Part shown: positions 21,483 through 32,985 of the stretch, piece by piece
Numbering within the stretch: position 1 is the stretch's first letter
Layout: every line of letters begins with the position of its first letter
Assembly (NCBI GenBank): GCA_964019335.1
Contig: OZ025669.1
Coordinates: forward strand, 310,001 to 374,000
Source of the DNA: Diplonema japonicum
Lineage: Eukaryota > Protista > Euglenozoa: Diplonemea
Length of the DNA: 64,000 nucleotides
Reading direction: 5' to 3'
Position numbers and translations under genes: made by a program
The notes under the pieces: generated by a model
Told to the model about the DNA's origin: nothing
The model's input: the letters and a program-made list of their open reading frames with translations, nothing else
Databases searched by the model: none

Positions 21483-21872
21483 TCCACCCTTCAAGGACAA
21501 TTTTGTATTTTCTTTTCCCGTAAAAAGACAGAAGTACACGTCCAATATTATTTTTTTTAGTTTTTTTTTTTCTTCTTTTTTTTTTTTCGTTCTCAAGGAT
21601 CCCCCCAATAAAAAAAAAAAAAGAAGTTTTTAGATTTCCGCCAAGGAGCAACTTTTTCGTCAGAGCGGTAGAACACTGCTTGCTTCACAACAAGTGTGAC
21701 CCCCCGGGTAACGGTTGAGGATGTAAGCGAGCTAAAAAGAAGGAAAAAAAAAAAAAGAGCATTCTTTTTTTTTTTTTTTTTTTTTTTTTAGCAAAAAGTG
21801 CCACCACCTTTAAAAGGAATGGGATCTTCTTTCAAAAAAAAGGGGGGGGGAAAGGAATCATTTTTTGTTACA

Positions 21873-21913
<41 letters not shown>

Positions 21914-21991
21914 ACTATGCGACACTGTTGAGCGTGTTTGGCATTTTCAAAGAACACCAGTTTTTTTAATTTTTTTTTTCCCACAAAAACA

Positions 21992-22646
21992 TTACATCAC
22001 CGCGAGCTCGATATACAATAATTTCTTCATAATAACATCTTGAGCATCAAGAAACTCTTGTTGAGATACAAGCCCGTTGCAGTCCGTGTCCACTAACCGG
22101 AGGAGCTCGTCCGCCATCTGCAGGACGTTAATGGAACCCTGTACACTCGAGCTGTTATTCATGTTCTGCAAGCGAATCACCTCCCCCAGCTCCGTCCTGT
22201 CAAGAGACCCGTTCCCGTCTTTATCGATTGCGCTGAACATAAAAGCAGCCCTATCTGCCTTTGTACCGTACATAGTTACGCCAAGGATGTGCATGACGCC
22301 CTCCTTGGTCAGCTTGTTTGGGTCCGCTATAGTTGAAATGTAGTCAATAACCCGCATCGAGTCTGACCCTGCTTGGAGCTCTTTTGCCGCACTCACGATT
22401 AACTTGTCTGCTGAAAGATTCCCACCGGAGTGGTTCTGTAGGGTTTTTTTTTTTTTTTTTTGGAACACCTTTTCCCATAATTTTAGAACCGTATCGCGTT
22501 CTTTATCTTGTAGCAGGCTAACGTTGGGTGTTTTTGGATAAAACCATTTTCTGTGGTTTTTTTTTTTTTTTTTTTTTTTTTTCTTCCCCATACACTACGT
22601 GTTCTTCGATTATTTCCTCTTCCGTGTTTGAGAAGCACGACCCCAT
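21992..22646 (-). CDS. N-myristoylated EF-hand calcium sensor (calcineurin B/NCS-like)
   Basis: Start MGSCFS at 22646; introns 22551..22593 and 22436..22468. GTKADRAAFMFSAIDKDGNGSLDRTEL and VDTDCNGLVSQQEF EF-hand loops. Confidence 0.85.
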
Positions 22647-23780
22647 GTAAACGTAGCTGATTTGAAATTGATGCCCCCCCCCTCCCCTCCTCTCCTTCTG
22701 TCTCCCTCTTTGCCAGTTGTGACTATTTTTTAATAGAACAATAAAAAAGGTTGTCTCGATTTTAGTGGTGCCATGCAGTATGTGACACAGCGGCCACCCT
22801 TGTGAAACTTCGCCCCGAAGCCTCCCAAGTCCCCTGTGGTCCCGTAGAAAGTAAAAGTGGAGAAGTAAAGAAAGCTTGGAAATTGAAATAGGGAGAGGGG
22901 CCACAGAAGCAATTAAACACCAACTGGAGAGTTGTGGGAGGCTTGCTTCACTGGCACGATGCCGCGGGGAGGCTACTTGCCTGACCTGGTGAAGCCACCT
23001 CCTTGTTCGATGTAATGGGATAAGGGACTCTCCGTTGAGGGCGATGCTAACTGGCGCCACGCGTAGGGTGGGCTCTCCACCCCCGTCCAGGTTTCCCCAC
23101 GTGTACGGCTTTAGAACGAGAGTTTCCCTTTCGCTTGTGTTTCTCCAAACCACAATTACCAGGAACCACCACAGGGAGGTTGGAAACATTGGCCCCCCTA
23201 AAAAAAGGGGGGGAGGCAAAAAAAAAATAAATAAAAAATTCTGGAATTCTTTTTTTTTTTGGGAAGAAAACTCGAATCTTTAGTAAATAAAAGGAGATAG
23301 GAAGAGAAGAAGAAAAAAAAAAGAGGGCAGGGGAGGGAAAGGATAAAGAGAAGAAATCGCTTGTTTAGGGGGGGGGGGGGGGGGCGATTATTCACACAAA
23401 TAATGACTTTTACGTGACTTGAAGAAAGTGACATACATTTTTCATGTAGGTGTGGACGTATTCAGTACCCCATTAGGGAGGTTTCATTTTCCTTTTTTTC
23501 TTTTTTTTTTTTTTTTTAGAAAAAAAACTTTTTTTTTTTACTCTCCTCAATATTTTAAACTACCTTTACGTGCATGTTTCCTAATTTCGGTGCCGTAAAA
23601 TGAAATAAAATTCAGAGAGTAAATACAGGAAAAAAAAAAAAAAAAGAATGATGACATAAGAAAGGGAATAAAGTGAACACCCTTTAGTATTTCTTTTTTT
23701 TTTTCGCCTTTCATCTCTTTATTGCAAACATGGAAAAAAAAAGGGGGGGGGAGAAAAGTCAAGTTCAATCTTTTTTTATA

Positions 23781-24801
23781 TGAGCTCGTCCGGACGAAAA
23801 TGTCAACATTTTTTTGGGCACCTCCGAAAATTTCTTGTTTTGATTATTTGAGCAAAAAAAGGGCAGCATGCAACCATAGGAAGATGACATATATGGTGTA
23901 CTGACGCCGTTCTTTCAATTGCGATGCTTGTTTTGCCATGAGGGTGGCAGGCTTTGCAACCGGCTGCCCCCGGGAAGAGAAAAATAGAGGTCAAAAAAAC
24001 GGCGGAAAATGTTTAAAATGCAATTTTATTGCTTAAAATACAGCATCCAGGGTGCATAAAATTGGTGATCAAGCGCACTTGTGACCCCTGGGTACAACCC
24101 AGGGTCGGGTTACTGTTAAAAGTACTTAGCGAAAAATATATGGCGCCGCATAGCCCCCGAAAATCCGGCTTTTTACACCCTATTTTTTGGCTCTTTCAAG
24201 GGGTTCCTAAGGGATTTTGGCCTTTTTCAGAAAAACCAATTCTTAACACTTGCCTGCTCATGCAGAGCTTCGACATTGGTATCTTTGGGGTCAAACTTTC
24301 ATTCTCTACCCATCTGCTGAGGTTTTTCCTTTTCTTTTTGCACTCATAATACTTTAAAAGTGAAAATTTTGCTTTTTTAAGGGGTTTTAAAGGGATTTTA
24401 GCCTTATATAGGCCAAAATGGCACTTTAAGGGTAAGTTCTCCCCACCCCATTTTAATAGTGATTTAGAGTCCAGCCCACCCAAAATGACCCCAAAGGTTT
24501 CACAGATTTTCAATCTGCGTCCATTCCTCCTGTCGCTTTTCACGGAAAAACGAGAAGAAGAAATGGAGTCTGGGTTATTTGTACAACTTCGTTTGCTAAA
24601 AACCATTCTAAAAAACATGGTTTTGCACGTGCGTTTTAAAAATAAAACAAACGGCGAGCATTTTAACCTATATGGTGTTCAAGCTTAGACTGCATTTCTG
24701 CACACAAAGTGGTGTCGGACTACTTTTTACTTAGAAATTTAACGGGGGTTTTCTGCCGCATAGGAGGGTCATTTGTTGACATTTTTTTCTGGACGAGCTC
24801 A
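23781..24801. mobile_element. Non-autonomous TIR element with TA target duplication (Tc1/mariner-type)
   Basis: Left TGAGCTCGTCCGGACGAAAATGTCAACA versus reverse complement of right end TGAGCTCGTCCAGAAAAAAATGTCAACA; TA at 23779-80 and 24802-03; no transposase recognised. Confidence 0.75.
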
Positions 24802-25767
24802 TATTTTCTTTTTTATTTTGCAGGGTGGATATTTTCCGGTGTTCAAAAGAGCATGGCTTATGAGGACGAAAAAGGGGAAAAAAAATGGGGCTTAAAAAAA
24901 AGGGGGGGGGAGAAACAAAACAAAAGAATGAAGAAATTTTTATTTTTCTCTTTTTTTTTTTGTTTCTTTCCATTGCTCCCCCCCCCCCCCCCCCCCCCCC
25001 ACGTTACAACCGTGCATCTTCAGCAATAATATGCGTTACAACGGGGCTGATGCTGAGAGAATAGAAGTTGTTTTCTTTATTATTTTTTTTTTCCTTCTTC
25101 TTTTTCTACGTACGTTCCGGGCACTTTCTGTGGGCTATAAATTACTATAAAAAAAAGTGTAGTAAAGGGAAAAGAAAACGAAGCCCTCACCTAAGGGGAA
25201 GAGGGGGGGGAAAAAATATTGTTTTTAAAACCGTTTTAAATATACCCCTCCCCCTCCCCGCTCAACAGTGTTTTCCCCCCCCAAGGGTTTTCTCCTTTAC
25301 CGGGAAAAAAAAAAAAAAAGTAAAACTCGCCCCCAGTAGTAAGTCCTTACTCTGCATGAAAAATTCTCAAAGAGAAAAAAGAATTGGAAACGGTTTTTTT
25401 TCTTCTTTTTTCTTTCATCTTTTATTTTTCGTTCTTCGTTTTTAATCTTTCTTATCTTTTTTTTTTTTTTTTTTTATTGTTTCTCTTACAGCAGTCCCCG
25501 TCTAGAAAAAAAGAAGGGGAGGAAAGAATATATGAGTTAAAGGAGGCCGGTGTTGGCGGCGCCCTGCAAAGAAGAAAAAGGGCCAAAGAAGAACCCCCTT
25601 GAGACTTCACCACCGAACCCGTATATATACTTTTCTTCTTTACCTCCTTAGATAAACTAACGGCCCTTTTTCTTTTTTTTTTGTTTGTAACCTTCGGAAG
25701 GGTCACAGTGTGAAATAAATATGCCAACACCAAAAGAGAGAGCTTTTTTTTTTTTTTTTCCCTCGAC

Positions 25768-25800
<33 letters not shown>

Positions 25801-27096
25801 ATCCTGTGTTTATAAAAAATGAAGAGTAAACTTGCCGTGAGTCCTGGGGAGGCAGAAACAGAAAATACGAAGAAATGATATATGGTATAACTACCGGGGA
25901 AAAAAAAGGGGGGGGGCTCTAGTTGCAACACTGTTGTTGGTGCAACATTTAAGCTTGCAGTGTGAAAACAACTTATTCCCTTCAGCTGGTGGGTGCTGCA
26001 CTCACGAGCTGTGAGAAATAAAGCTTTCTAAAAAAAGCGGGGGGGGTTCCTCGTCTCGAGTTTTTTGTTTGTTCTTTTTCTTTTTCTTTTTATCATTACC
26101 CTTTATATCAATACTATTGTACTTTGTAACGGGGGGGGAGGAGGTTTTAGGATTGTCTTGATTATTTTTTCTTTCATTTGTGGGCAAGGACAGGGGGGGG
26201 GGGGGGGGGGGGGGGGATGTTTCAAAGAAACAAAAAGAGGAACTGGCCGTTGTTTGTACGTGCCGGGTGCCGGGTAAAACCTGGAGAAGTTTGTCAACCC
26301 GAAACACGTTGCCAACGTTCCCCTTTTGTTTAGACAAGTCAAAGTTCTTGCAAAAAAAAAAAATGGAAAATGCTAAAAAAAAAAAAAAAACTCTTAATTT
26401 TATCATTTTCTTTTCCTTTTTTTCTTCTTCTTCCGGTTAAGCCGCCAACTAACAGGATTCCATTCTTTGAACAAATCCGTTCTCTTTTTTTTTTTTCTTC
26501 CATTTCTAGATTTTGTGGAGAGGAAGCCCCCAAACCCCACATTTTTTATCTTATTCTTTTTTTTTTAAATAGGGATATATGAGATGGGAAGGGGAAACAC
26601 GCAACAGGTTGAAGGAAAGAAAATAAAAGATAAAATGGACTGTTCATCCTTTTTTTTCTTTTTTCTTTTTTTTTCTCCCCCCCTTCTTCTTCTCTCATTC
26701 TTTGTTCTCTTCATATGTACTGTACACCGAAAGTGACCAAGAAAAAAAAAAAAAAAACACGCAAGACAAAAGATTAAAAAAAAGAAAAAGGAAAGAAGTA
26801 CGTTCAATTTGTTTTATGTGCACGAGGCACAACTCCACTTTTATTTCTCTCGCTCCAAAAAGAAAAGGGGGGGAGGAAAAGTAAATAAATTAATAAATAC
26901 AATTAAAAGTCACCCTGCTCCGCCGCAAAGTTCGCCTTACTCTTGTTCCCTGAAAACTTATACTCGCTTAAGGGGAGGTGTCGTCACCCACCTAGACCCG
27001 GCCAAAGGTCTTGCTGCCCCACTGATAAAAAAAAGGGGGCAGTAACCCGTTTCTTCTGCATCTTCTCGTTTTTTTTTTTTTTTTAAATTCATCCTT

Positions 27097-27128
<32 letters not shown>

Positions 27129-27577
27129 CAATTTGCATGGAGGTGTAATTTATACTCCTTCCCATTATTCTTCAGCACTTATTCTTACCTTTGAAGGCAA
27201 GACGGAGGAGAAAGGGGAAAAGATTTCCCACCACACAATTTCCTTTTTTTTTCTTCTTTCCCGCCTTTCTTTTTTTTGAAGTGGGGGATGGGGGGTTGAA
27301 GGTCTTTGCTGTCCCGTAAGTGGGGGGTTTTTTTTTTATAAAAAAAAGATTTGCTTAGGGGGGGAAAATTTTTAATAAAAAAAAAAAAGATCGTCCACTT
27401 GACGCAAGTTTCTAATCTCATGGGACATACAAGTGGGCATAAATGACAAAAAAAAAAAAAAAAAAAAACACGAAACAAAGCTCGCTGCAGCAGCACGACT
27501 TACCCGAAACTCGGCTGAGAAGAATGACTTTGGTTGCTTCATAAACCGCCTGGCGTACGAGCAACTTCTTATCCGCG

Positions 27578-28095
27578 CTAGCGGATGTTGCTACCCTTCT
27601 GTGCTGAAGGATGCATGGCTGAAAGAAGGGTGGACTGCGTTCTGGTAGGTTGTTGTGCCCTGTAGTCAGGCATGAAGGGGTCGGACCACTCTTTTCTCTG
27701 TGCAGTCGCTACTGCACATTGTCTTTCCAAGATTTCGCACGTTCTGCTGGATGCGAATTTCGGCCTTCCGGTGTACCCCTTCAATCGCTTGGGTGCACCT
27801 ATCGATCGTAATGCCACGGATTCTGTTATTTCCCTAGGCATGAATGGCTTTGGTGCTTAATTTTGCCAATCGGTTGGCCCTCTTGGTGATGTCGTCTCTT
27901 CTTGTCCTAAAACGTACACCCCACTCGTTAGCTCGAAGTCTTTCACTAGTTCTAGTCTAGTTACCGACCCCTGCTTATTCCATTCTAATTTCGTAAGCCA
28001 CTTGATTACTTCCGGCACAATCTGTGCTCCCATGAAGTTCATCTTCAAGTGCTTACGGAACCATCTTACTTCTGGCACTGTGCACTTGCTCCACA
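27578..28095 (-). mobile_element. Probable 3' remnant of a non-LTR retroelement ORF
   Basis: Disrupted frames IKWLTKLEWNKQGSVTRLELVKDFELTSG and LRSIGAPKRLKGYTGRPKF resemble, from memory, C-terminal regions of protist RT/RNaseH LINE ORFs. No RT core present. Confidence 0.4.
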
Positions 28096-28401
28096 GCACA
28101 GAGAAGGGGGAAATAGATATTTCAATGATGCACAAAAAAAAAAAAAAAAAAAAAAAAATCACTATCAGGTATCTAGCCAAAAAGATTAGAATCTTGCGTG
28201 TGCTGTTCTTTTTTTTTTTTTTTTTTTTTTTCCCACCCCCGCTCGGTGAATCAAGGGCAAAAATGAAGTGTGAAACCTAAAATTTCCTCCCAAAAAAATA
28301 AAAAAAAAAAAAACAAAAAATATCAGACGTGACTCAAAAATGCCAACAAAACCATATGGTTCACACGAAAGGGAAGGAGGGGAAATGCAAAAAACATTTA
28401 A

Positions 28402-30595
28402 CCATTAAAGGACGGGGGCTTTTGGGCAAAAAAAAGGTCACCATCGACTTTTTATTTTCTAAAATTAAAACATCCTCGAGCATGCAACCATAGAACGACG
28501 CTTGCGTAAAAGAAAATACATCACCCAGGAGGGACAAAAAACACCCCCAGACGCCCCTCAAAGGCCCTGGGAAGTGAATAGAATAAGGAATTGAAGTGAA
28601 ATTTATTGTAAAACCCCACCCATAGGTTAGACACTTCCTTACTTTTTTCGCTTGGGCCTCGGGGTGCTAGGGGGGGTTTTGCTTTTGGGACTTGGCTCAG
28701 ATGACGACCTGGGGAGAAGGGTATGTGTTTGGAGACGCTGGTACCTTAGGCGTTTCTTCGGTGTGGCCGGGCCTCCAGAGGGGGTAGATTGGGGTGGGTA
28801 AACCACTGGTTCGTGATAGTCCGCAAAGCAAGCTGGGCACAGATGCACGTTACAAGCCTTGCAGATGAAGATAGTTTGCACCCGGACCCCCAAAACACGC
28901 ATGTGGTGTGTGCATTGTCTTGCTGCATCCAGTTTTTTGGACCAGTGACCTTTGGTGAAGTCGCGCCTGGCATCTTCCCTGGGCCCCTCGGTCCCCATTT
29001 CAGAACGGGTGCTTGCTGGGCGGTTGTTTCCGGACTGGCGCATAACAGTCGAAAAGCTGTTGTCGCTCATCGCGAACCCGTTTTTGGGCCTGCCTGGGCC
29101 TACTTGCTTCTTCACTGGGGCAAGATTAGGTACATTCTGTCGGTTTTCTTCGGATTGTTACCACCATTGACTGGACTTTCCTCGGATTGTTTCCACCGCA
29201 AACCCGATTCCCACATCTGTTGTACAAGGGTAACGCCAGTATAGAAGTTATCGATGCCGGGGTACAAGGGGAACGCTACCGATGCCGAGCCATCCACCAG
29301 GTGGACACGAATAGTGGCATCGACAAGTCACGTGGGGTGCGCTTTCAGACTGAGCACGACGTTCACTTCATGTCAAGCAAGACGCCATTGAAGGCACCGC
29401 AGGAGATACGGGAGAACGTTGTAAGAGCTTTCATTGTCGCGCTCGAGCTGCAGGACAAGAAGCTCGAAGCAGAGCTCCGCCGCCGAGACATTCTGGTCGC
29501 CATGTTGTCCTTTTTTTGGCATCATAAGCATTGGTGCTTCTGCAGTGATCACGTGGTACACCAATCCTGTACGCGAGTCAGGGCTCCCAAACACCAGCAC
29601 CCCCCTACAATGACCTCGATCCTTCACCAAATGGGAAGGTAATATGCCAAGTGCTGAGATACCTCACATCGGGGTCCACAGTGCTGTGTTTGATTGCTTT
29701 TTCACGCTTTTACAATGGTATTAGCACTGCGGACAGTAGATCGACAAGTTGAACACGACCCTGTGTCAGATCCTGTCCGGTGCACAGCCTCACCTTTGCA
29801 GGCTGGAGTACTCTGAAGCGATGCCTACCGTGTGACTTGATCATACTCTCATCAATGATCGATTCTCCGGGGGAATAGTGTTGCAGACAGGTAGGGGAGC
29901 AAGAATCTTATTTTTTGCAGCACTCTGTCTGTCTCTTCACCCCTCCAAAATGCAACGACCGCTGTAAGCGCAAAAGCAGTAACGTTTCATTACATTTGCC
30001 AAAAAAAGGTGTGGCGAGGGCACAAATGGTCGGCCAGTAATCTTTTATGCCAGCCTTGCGGATGATGTCCATGAGCACCCACAAGGCCACAAACTGATAG
30101 ATATCGTCCACAGTGAAGTCAAAGTTGGGGTTGTGGTGCTTGCAAACGGTGCAAAGAGATTTCACAAACCCCATTGAGATGAACAGCTTGGAAATCCTTG
30201 ATGCATTCATGTGGGAAAAGGGTGATTTCTGCCCCCCCCTGTGCCCTGTCACTTCTTACGCGTAACCTGCGTAATATCGCTCTCCCAGGGCATATTTTCA
30301 CTCTTCTCGTCACTACTGGCGCTAGGTGAGGTCCCATCGTCAGTGAGAATGTCCCCTTAGGCACTCCCGAACTCGTCTGAATCAGTACTGCTCATCTGAG
30401 CTTTCGTGCCACCAAAAACTGGTTTCGAGGGTGTTTTTGGAGGTTAATCTAGGGGCCAAAAGTGATTTTCGATGGAAAAGAAATCGCGGAACTAGGTCAT
30501 TCTGTGCAAGGGTAAGGGTCTATGGTACTTAAAATGCCTATACAAAAATTTTAATTTTTTGATCGCTAGATATCTAGCGCTTCGTCCTTTAATGG
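28402..30595 (-). mobile_element. Decayed piggyBac element (2194 bp)
   Basis: Perfect 13-bp TIRs CCATTAAAGGACG / CGTCCTTTAATGG with TTAA (28398, 30596). Frameshifted transposase pieces: IYQFVALWVLM...IKDYW, IIDESMIKSHGRH, VFNLSIY, IDNFYTG, C-terminal CKACNVHLCPACFADYH. Confidence 0.92.
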
Positions 30596-30965
30596 TTAAT
30601 ATATTTTTTTTTCCCCCTTTTTTTTTTTGGATCGCGAATCAGTCACCCATGAGGGTGGACATTCTTAACTCCAGTGTGGTGAAATTAAAAAAAAAGGGGG
30701 GTGGAGGGGGGAAAAAGGAGCGGCGAAAAAAAAGAAGAAGGGGAAAAAAAAAGTATTCCCTTTCTTTTTTTCTTATACCCCTTCTTCCCCCCCCCTTTTT
30801 ATTTTCCCCCCTAAAAATTATTTCTTTTTTTTTTATCTTCAAAACCACAGAACGGGGGGTGCAAAAACAAAGGCCAAAAACAGGGAAAAAAAAAAAAAAA
30901 ATAGAGAAGAGAGATCGAATTACATTTTTAAAAGAGAGGAGAAAAAAAAAATTCGTCAAATTAAA

Positions 30966-31865
30966 TCACCATTCATCGTCCTCAAGCAGCTCAGGGGGCT
31001 CGTCATCGCTTTCTTCACCCCTCCCTTCAAAAGAGGCAGTACTGTCGGAAGATCCGGACGAAACAGTAGAGGCCAGTAGCTTCCCTGACTCCTGCGAAGT
31101 AAGGTTTGGGTAAGCCGCTCTACAAATATGTACATTAGAGCATTCCAAGCCCCACTTACACGCTATCCTTTGGTGCAACCGGCATATCATTGTAGGGGGG
31201 ACGTGAAGCGCTTTTTTATCAGGGTCCATTCTGAGTTGTTTCAAAGATAATTCTGTCAGCCCGTTTGTCTGTGCCAGGTAGTTGACAGACGTGGGAGTGG
31301 AGGTTCCGTTCTTCCTCAGAAAAAACTGTTTGAACGGGGTTTTCAACCCTTGTGTGTTTGTTCCTATGAGGCATGAAGGACGGCTGCAGCAAGCTTGCCG
31401 CAACAGGGTTTTCACGTAACCCAAATATGACGGAGTGATATGTGCATCGTGGTCGCAAGATACACACCCTGTGGTAGTGCATAAACTGGGCTTCGAAGAA
31501 TCTTTCAAAGAAAGTATATGCCGGGCGGGTACGGGAATCTGCTTGTCTATGGTGGGTACGTAAAGAAGTGTTGGGGTTGATGGGTTGTCCTCGCTAGTCG
31601 GGTACAGCTGGCGGAGAGCGAATATTTTCTTTTTGTCGACGTGGGCGCTCTTGCACGCCTCCAGGGCCCTGCACCTCCCGTTCAGAAATCTTTTGCACAG
31701 GAACATCCTTTTGACAGACTTGCTTCGCCTTCCCATCCACGTCGCGAGGCCGTCGGTGTACGTGACGTCGCTCGCCTCTCCACCGTAGCCTAGAACATAC
31801 CCGACTTTGTTAACTGGATCGAAGATCGTTATCTTAATCTCGTGTTCGGGCACTTTTATAGGCAT
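30966..31865 (-). CDS. CCCH zinc-finger protein (euglenozoan ZC3H-like)
   Basis: Two C-x7-C-x5-C-x3-H fingers: CKRFLNGRCRALEACKSAH and CRLHQRIACKWGLECSNVH. Confidence 0.82.
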   Translation of the reverse strand: MPIKVPEHEIKITIFDPVNKVGYVLGYGGEASDVTYTDGLATWMGRRSKSVKRMFLCKRFLNGRCRALEACKSAHVDKKKIFALRQLYPTSEDNPSTPTLLYVPTIDKQIPVPARHILSLKDSSKPSLCTTTGCVSCDHDAHITPSYLGYVKTLLRQACCSRPSCLIGTNTQGLKTPFKQFFLRKNGTSTPTSVNYLAQTNGLTELSLKQLRMDPDKKALHVPPTMICRLHQRIACKWGLECSNVHICRAAYPNLTSQESGKLLASTVSSGSSDSTASFEGRGEESDDEPPELLEDDEW

Positions 31866-32889
31866 TCTTTTTTTTTTTTTTTTTTTGTGTGTTTACCTGT
31901 TTTTTTTTTCTTTTTTCTTCTTTTTTTTTTAAAGATTACTTTTGTGGCCGAATTTGGCTTTTGAAAAAAAAAAAGTGCCGTAAATGCAAAAAGTAAAAAT
32001 CTGGTTTCTACTCTGAAGCAATTTTCGGTATTCGCCTTTATTTATTTATTTTTTTTTTTTTTTTTTTTTTTTTTGTATCTGGCGGCCGGTTTTCCAAAAA
32101 GTTCACTTTTCAGTACTTGGACCGGCGAGAGACGAGTACGACGACATAACCACTGAGCTACGGCATGTTACGTTTTTTTTTTTTTTTTTTTTTTTTTTTT
32201 GAACCATAACTCAGCATTGCTCCGCCTATGATTGTGGTCAATGATAATTTAGCCTTATTTTTGCAGCAGTTTTCTGGGTGTCCGAGTTCCCCTCATTTAA
32301 CTTTGTAAAATTAAATAAAATATCATACTAAATAAAAATCAGGTAATCTGATTTTATTTAAAGTAAAGTCTTTTTTTTGCCAGAAAAAAAAAAAAGAAGG
32401 AAACATCGGGGAGTGTGGAAATAAAAAAAAAAAAAAAAGAAGAAAACAAAAGGGTACAGGTTGTTAGCTATCTTTTTTTTTTTTTAAAAAAGAAAAAAAG
32501 AAAAGAAAAAAAGAAAGAAAAGGTTTACAAGGAAGAAAAAAAAATTGAAAAAACTGTGCCTAAAAAGAGGGATTAAAAAAAAAAACAAGGGGGTTAAAGA
32601 TGGAGTGAAGAGAAGTGCGGGTTTGAACTGTGTTAAGGAGAGGTAAGGTGCTTGCTCTTGCTAAAAATGGCATGTAAAAAGTGCACAGTTCCCTCTCACT
32701 TTGACTGGCTTAAGGGAGGTGTCACACCCGAGACCCAACGAAACGAATTTTTTTTGTCACAAAAAGAAAATGCTTAAGAGAGAGAGGAACGAAAAAAAAA
32801 AACTCAGCTTGCTTTGAACGGTTAGACAAGACATTAGGTTTCATAGATTATCCCCCCCCCCCCCCCCCCCCTCTCAATGTACGACCGTC

Positions 32890-32921
<32 letters not shown>

Positions 32922-32985
32922 CCAATTTTAAAAGATACAATACACAGGAGGTATATACATTAGTTTTTTTTTTTTTTTTCCCCCC

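Noticed and set aside
22730-23200. Complex-sequence island, possible TE or gene remnant (a similar one at 44830-45150)
   Set aside because: No motif or terminal structure I can identify with confidence
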